From Alphaproteobacteria bacterium (lineage in GTDB: Bacteria; Pseudomonadota; Alphaproteobacteria; SHVV01), in assembly GCA_965261735.1 (NCBI GenBank), contig OZ253470.1:1553479-1617478 (forward strand): a DNA stretch of 64,000 nt, written 5' to 3'. The notes below the pieces were generated by a model that did not search any database, was not told the DNA's origin, and worked only from the letters and a program-made list of their open reading frames with translations. The position numbers were made by a program, and so were the translations under genes. This document shows, piece by piece, positions 60,397-64,000 of this stretch. The stretch's first letter is position 1, and every line of letters starts with the position of its first letter.

Positions 60397-61426
60397 CTTG
60401 CCTATCCGGTTTACACCCACACCCACTAGGGCTAGAATGGGCGCAACCCGGATATAGGGGAGCGCGCCATGGATGTTCTCGACCGCGCCGATCTCCCATT
60501 CCCGCATTCGCTACCCGAGTTCCAGCGACTTTTCCCCGATGATGCGGCCTGCGCCGCCTACCTGGAGAAAGCCCGCTGGGGAGACGGCTTTGCCTGCCCG
60601 CACTGCGGCACGGCGGGAGAGCCGTTCCACTTTGAAAACCGCCCTGGCGTCCTGCGCTGCCGCAAGTGCCGCCAGAACACCGGGCTGACGGTGGGAACAG
60701 TGATGGAGCGTAGCCACACTCCGCTGAACGTCTGGTTCTGGGCCGCTTATCTGGTCGCCAGTCAGACGCCCGGCATGTCCGCCGTGCAGTTTCAGCGGCA
60801 ACTTGGTCTTTCGCGCTACGAGACGGCCTTTCAAATTCTCCACAAGCTCCGCTCGGGCATGGTGCGGCCCAACCAAGACAGGATCGGTGGACAGCCCAAG
60901 AACCATGTTGAGGTGGACGAAACCTGGGTTGGCGGGCGAACGCGTGGGGAAGGCCGTGGTGTTCACCACAAGGTTCCCGTCTCCTGTGCCATCGACGTCG
61001 TGCTCGACCGTAGCGCCGAGTCGCTCTGTGGGTTCGTCGAGAGCACCGTCGCGCCAGGATCGCTGATCGTTACTGACGATTGGAGCGGCTATGCTGGCCT
61101 CGGTAAGCGCGGCTATGAGCACTTCGCTGTTGCCGAGTGTGGTGATCCAGAGGTTGCCGAGCAATACCTGCCGATCATCCATCTGGTTTTCGCCAACCTG
61201 AAGACGTGGCTGATCGGTATCCACCACGGCGTTAGCCACCAGCACCTACAAGCCTACCTCAACGAGTTCACCTTCCGCTTCAACAGGCGGTTCTACCCGT
61301 TCAACGCCTTCCGCTCATTGCTCGGCATCGCGGGCGACACCTCTGCTCCAACCTATGCCGAGCTTTACTCGGGAGAGTGGCGGCACCCTACATGTAGCGG
61401 TCATGGGCGTTAACCGGATAGGCAAG
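60397..61426 (+). mobile_element. IS1595-family IS, copy 4 (1030 bp, 75-bp internal deletion) with an 8-bp TSD
   Basis: Perfect direct repeat GTTGGAAC at 60389-60396 and 61427-61434. Confidence 0.9.
60469..61413 (+). CDS. IS1595-family transposase with an in-frame 25-aa deletion
   Basis: 314 aa; lacks EVRHRKPGTKLDNRKDGRYAGRVRLAV relative to the other copies. Confidence 0.8.
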   Translation: MDVLDRADLPFPHSLPEFQRLFPDDAACAAYLEKARWGDGFACPHCGTAGEPFHFENRPGVLRCRKCRQNTGLTVGTVMERSHTPLNVWFWAAYLVASQTPGMSAVQFQRQLGLSRYETAFQILHKLRSGMVRPNQDRIGGQPKNHVEVDETWVGGRTRGEGRGVHHKVPVSCAIDVVLDRSAESLCGFVESTVAPGSLIVTDDWSGYAGLGKRGYEHFAVAECGDPEVAEQYLPIIHLVFANLKTWLIGIHHGVSHQHLQAYLNEFTFRFNRRFYPFNAFRSLLGIAGDTSAPTYAELYSGEWRHPTCSGHGR

Positions 61427-61480
61427 GTTGGAACGATGACTTGCCAACGCGAGTGAAGTTGGCGTTGCCTCCGGGTTGTA

Positions 61481-62431
61481 TTGTCGGTCCCGATCCAGAA
61501 GTACCTTTTTTCGTTCCGCTCGGCTTTGCGCGAAAAGCTCGTCAAGATCGGCGCGAAGATCGTCCGCCACTGGCAACTGCGTCCCCTTGACAGCATCACC
61601 CGGCGGGACGTGGAGGATCGTTTCAGCCGCCTCACGGAAGATCACGGCTGGGCCTGCGCCAACCGGGGAATATCGCTCCTGGGTTCGATATACCGTCGGC
61701 CATGCGTCGATTTCGAGGGCCTGCGCAACCCGGTCGAGCTGTGGCGCGCCGGAGGCGGCAAGTATCATCGCCCGAAACGGCGCAAGATCTCCGCACCCGC
61801 CGAGGTGCTGCCGCGCTGGCGGGCGGGCATCGAAGCGGTGGTGGCGACGCCGAAGGTCCGGGATGCATTCTGGTTCGGGCTCTATACGGGAATGCGCCTC
61901 AACGAGGTGCTGTCCCTGCAGTGGGAACGAGTGGACATGGCGGGGCTTGTCTTCCGGGTCGAGGAGACCAAAACCGGTGAGCCCCTGGAACTGCCCATCA
62001 CCCGGCAACTGGCGGCCATCCTCGAACGCCGCAACCGGGAGAGCGAAACGCTACCGGGCGATCTTCGCGGCTGGGTGTTCCCGTCCTCAGCCAGAGCAGG
62101 CCACATCTCTGACCTCAGTCAATTCTATGCGCGAATCGGAACGGCGGGCGGTGCGAAGTTCTGGTACCACGCACTGCGGAATTGTTTCATTACCGTCGCC
62201 GAGCGCGACCTGCTGCTGCCGCTGTCCTTGACCAAACGGCTTGTCAACCACGCCCGGCCCAACGACGTCACCGAGGGCTACGCCGCCGACTGGATAATCG
62301 GGCAACTGCGGGAACCGGCGCAGCGCATCGCGGATCGGATCGAGGCACTGATGAACGATTGCCCGGCCAAATCGGCCACGGCAAGCTCCATCGGCAGGCC
62401 CCGCGTGCCGCACTGGATCAGTCCGGAATGA
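61481..62431 (+). pseudogene. P4-type tyrosine integrase, N-terminally truncated (arm-binding domain lost at the IS copy 4 insertion)
   Basis: Catalytic R...HALRNCF...Y present; about 80% identical to the downstream full-length integrase over the shared region. Confidence 0.75.
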
Positions 62432-63711
62432 CGAAACCCTCCGGAAAACGTATCGCGCTGAACAAGCTGTCCTTGACCAAACGCACTGTCGAGGCGCTGA
62501 AGCCCGCCGCCAAGTCCTGGATCGCCTGGGATGACACCTTGACCGGGTTCGGGGTCCGGGTGCAGCCCACAGGCCTCAAATCCTACATCGTCAACTACCG
62601 CGCAGGCGACGGTGGACGAAAGGCGCCCAACAAGCGCGTCGTTCTTGGCCGCCACGGCGGGATAACGGCAGCGCAAGCCCGGCATATGGCGCAGCGGGTG
62701 TTGCGTGAAGCCGCCACCGGCGACGGTCCGGCGGGCGGGCGCGCCGAGGCGGGCGGCATGCCACTGCTCGAGCAAGCCTTCGATGACTATATGGCGGTCA
62801 ATCCCAAACGAACCACGCGCACCAATAAGCACTATCGCAACATATTCGGCTATCTCGCCGACTGGCGCATGCGTCCGCTCGACGCCATCGGCCGCCGGGA
62901 TGTAGAGGACCGTTTCAACAGCCTCACCCGGAATAACGGTTGGGCGCCGGCCAACATGTCGATATCGCTCCTGGGTTCAATCTATCGCCGGCCCTGCGTC
63001 GATCTCGAGGGCCTGCGCAACCCGGTCGAGCTGTGGCGCGCCGGCGGCGGCAAGTATCATCCCCCGAAGCGGCGCAAGATCTCCGCTCCGGCGGAGGTGC
63101 TGCCGCGCTGGAAGAAAGGCATCGAGGCGGAGGCCATCGCGCCGGTTGCCCGGGACGCGTTCCGGTTCGGGCTGTATACCGGCATGCGCCTGAACGAGGT
63201 GTTGCCGCTTAGGTGGGAGCGCGTGGACATGACGGAGCTTGTCTTCCGCGTTGACGAGACCAAGACCGGGGCGCCCCTGGAACTGCCTATTACCCGGCAA
63301 CTGGCCGCCATCCTCGAACGCCGCCGGGCAGAGATCGGGACCCTGCCGGGCGGGCTTCGGGACTGGGTGTTCCCGTCCTCCGCAAGCGCCTCGGGCCATG
63401 TCGTCGACCTGGCTCATTTCTACGGGCTGATCGGCGAGACGGGCGGCACGAAGTTCTGGTACCACGCTTTGCGGAATTGTTTCATCACGGTGGCAGAGCG
63501 CGACCTGCTGCTGCCGCGCACTTTGACCAAGCGGCTGGTCAACCACGTCCGGCCCAACGACATCACCGAGGGATACGCGGCCGACTGGACCATCGGGCAA
63601 CTGCGCGAACCCGCGCAGGGCATCGCCGACCAGATCGATGCCTTGATGAACGCACCCGTAGCGGCTGCTCCGGCAAACTCGCTAAAGGTGGGAACAAATC
63701 ATCAAATGTAG
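62428..63711 (+). CDS. tyrosine-type integrase (P4-like, with an N-terminal DUF4102-type DNA-binding domain)
   Basis: 427 aa from MTKPSGKRIALNKLSLTKR; catalytic boxes R, HxLR (WYHALRNCF), Y (EGYAAD). Confidence 0.85.
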   Translation: MTKPSGKRIALNKLSLTKRTVEALKPAAKSWIAWDDTLTGFGVRVQPTGLKSYIVNYRAGDGGRKAPNKRVVLGRHGGITAAQARHMAQRVLREAATGDGPAGGRAEAGGMPLLEQAFDDYMAVNPKRTTRTNKHYRNIFGYLADWRMRPLDAIGRRDVEDRFNSLTRNNGWAPANMSISLLGSIYRRPCVDLEGLRNPVELWRAGGGKYHPPKRRKISAPAEVLPRWKKGIEAEAIAPVARDAFRFGLYTGMRLNEVLPLRWERVDMTELVFRVDETKTGAPLELPITRQLAAILERRRAEIGTLPGGLRDWVFPSSASASGHVVDLAHFYGLIGETGGTKFWYHALRNCFITVAERDLLLPRTLTKRLVNHVRPNDITEGYAADWTIGQLREPAQGIADQIDALMNAPVAAAPANSLKVGTNHQM

Positions 63712-64000
63712 CGCGAGTTCCACTTCGGCGAGGCCCTGGCTCGGGGCGCCGAGACGGTGCCGGTCACGGGGCTGGAAGTTCTGGCCTCGGCCAAGCGCGT
63801 CGAGGGCAATCCACATGTCATAGTTGGGACCGCCGAGGGGGGCGCATCTTACAGACCTTAAAGAGCCCTGGCGGCGCGTGCGGAAGGCGGCGGAGCTCGA
63901 CGATGTGCGGATCCACGATTTAAGGCATTCGTTTGCCTCGGAGGCGGTGATGGGGGGCGAGAGCCTGCCGATGGTGGGTCGAATCCTCTGCCACACCCAG
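63712..64000 (+). pseudogene. phage-integrase-family tyrosine recombinase fragment of a different lineage; N-terminus absent, runs off the window
   Basis: ...LEVLASAKRVEGNPHVIVGTAEG...VRIHDLRHSFASEAVMGGESLPMVGRI is about 90% identical to the fragment at 20659-21340. Confidence 0.6.

Overview
GC-rich (about 65-70% GC) alphaproteobacterial, Rhizobiales-like chromosomal segment. Positions 1-13.2 kb are ordinary core genes: a quinone oxidoreductase family gene, an asparaginase II family gene, an IalB family gene, rlmN, a mug-family glycosylase, argG, a low-GC pentapeptide-repeat gene, a RidA family gene, a Rieske oxygenase, an aldo/keto reductase and typA. At about 13.3-13.5 kb lie a 3' half of tRNA-Gly(GCC) and a duplicated 5' scrap of the Rieske gene. 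These mark the edge of a large mosaic integrated element / IS-rich accessory region that fills the rest of the window. That region carries four full copies and one fragment of a single 1105-bp IS1595-family IS (8-bp target duplications, one copy with a 75-bp internal deletion). It also carries an IS5-family element, two different IS256-family elements, an IS21 element, an IS903-group element, an IS427-group remnant, an ISL3 fragment and IS1016-like remnants. Cargo includes a methyltransferase, an SDR, a rhomboid protease, a decayed OLD/PARIS-like ATPase+Toprim remnant, a DUF1476 (F1-ATPase inhibitor zeta) homolog, and a umuD-like gene that lacks the catalytic dyad followed by a frameshifted umuC. 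It further carries a ParB-like / DUF2201 / methylase-helicase module in which both large genes are frameshifted, a three-gene AAA+ / half-DExH / RecD2 helicase operon, an IS-flanked soxYZ-fccAB-yeeE sulfur module, a HEPN/MNT pair, hsdM and GspE fragments, and three tyrosine integrase genes or fragments at the 3' end. No CRISPR array or complete RNA gene was found.
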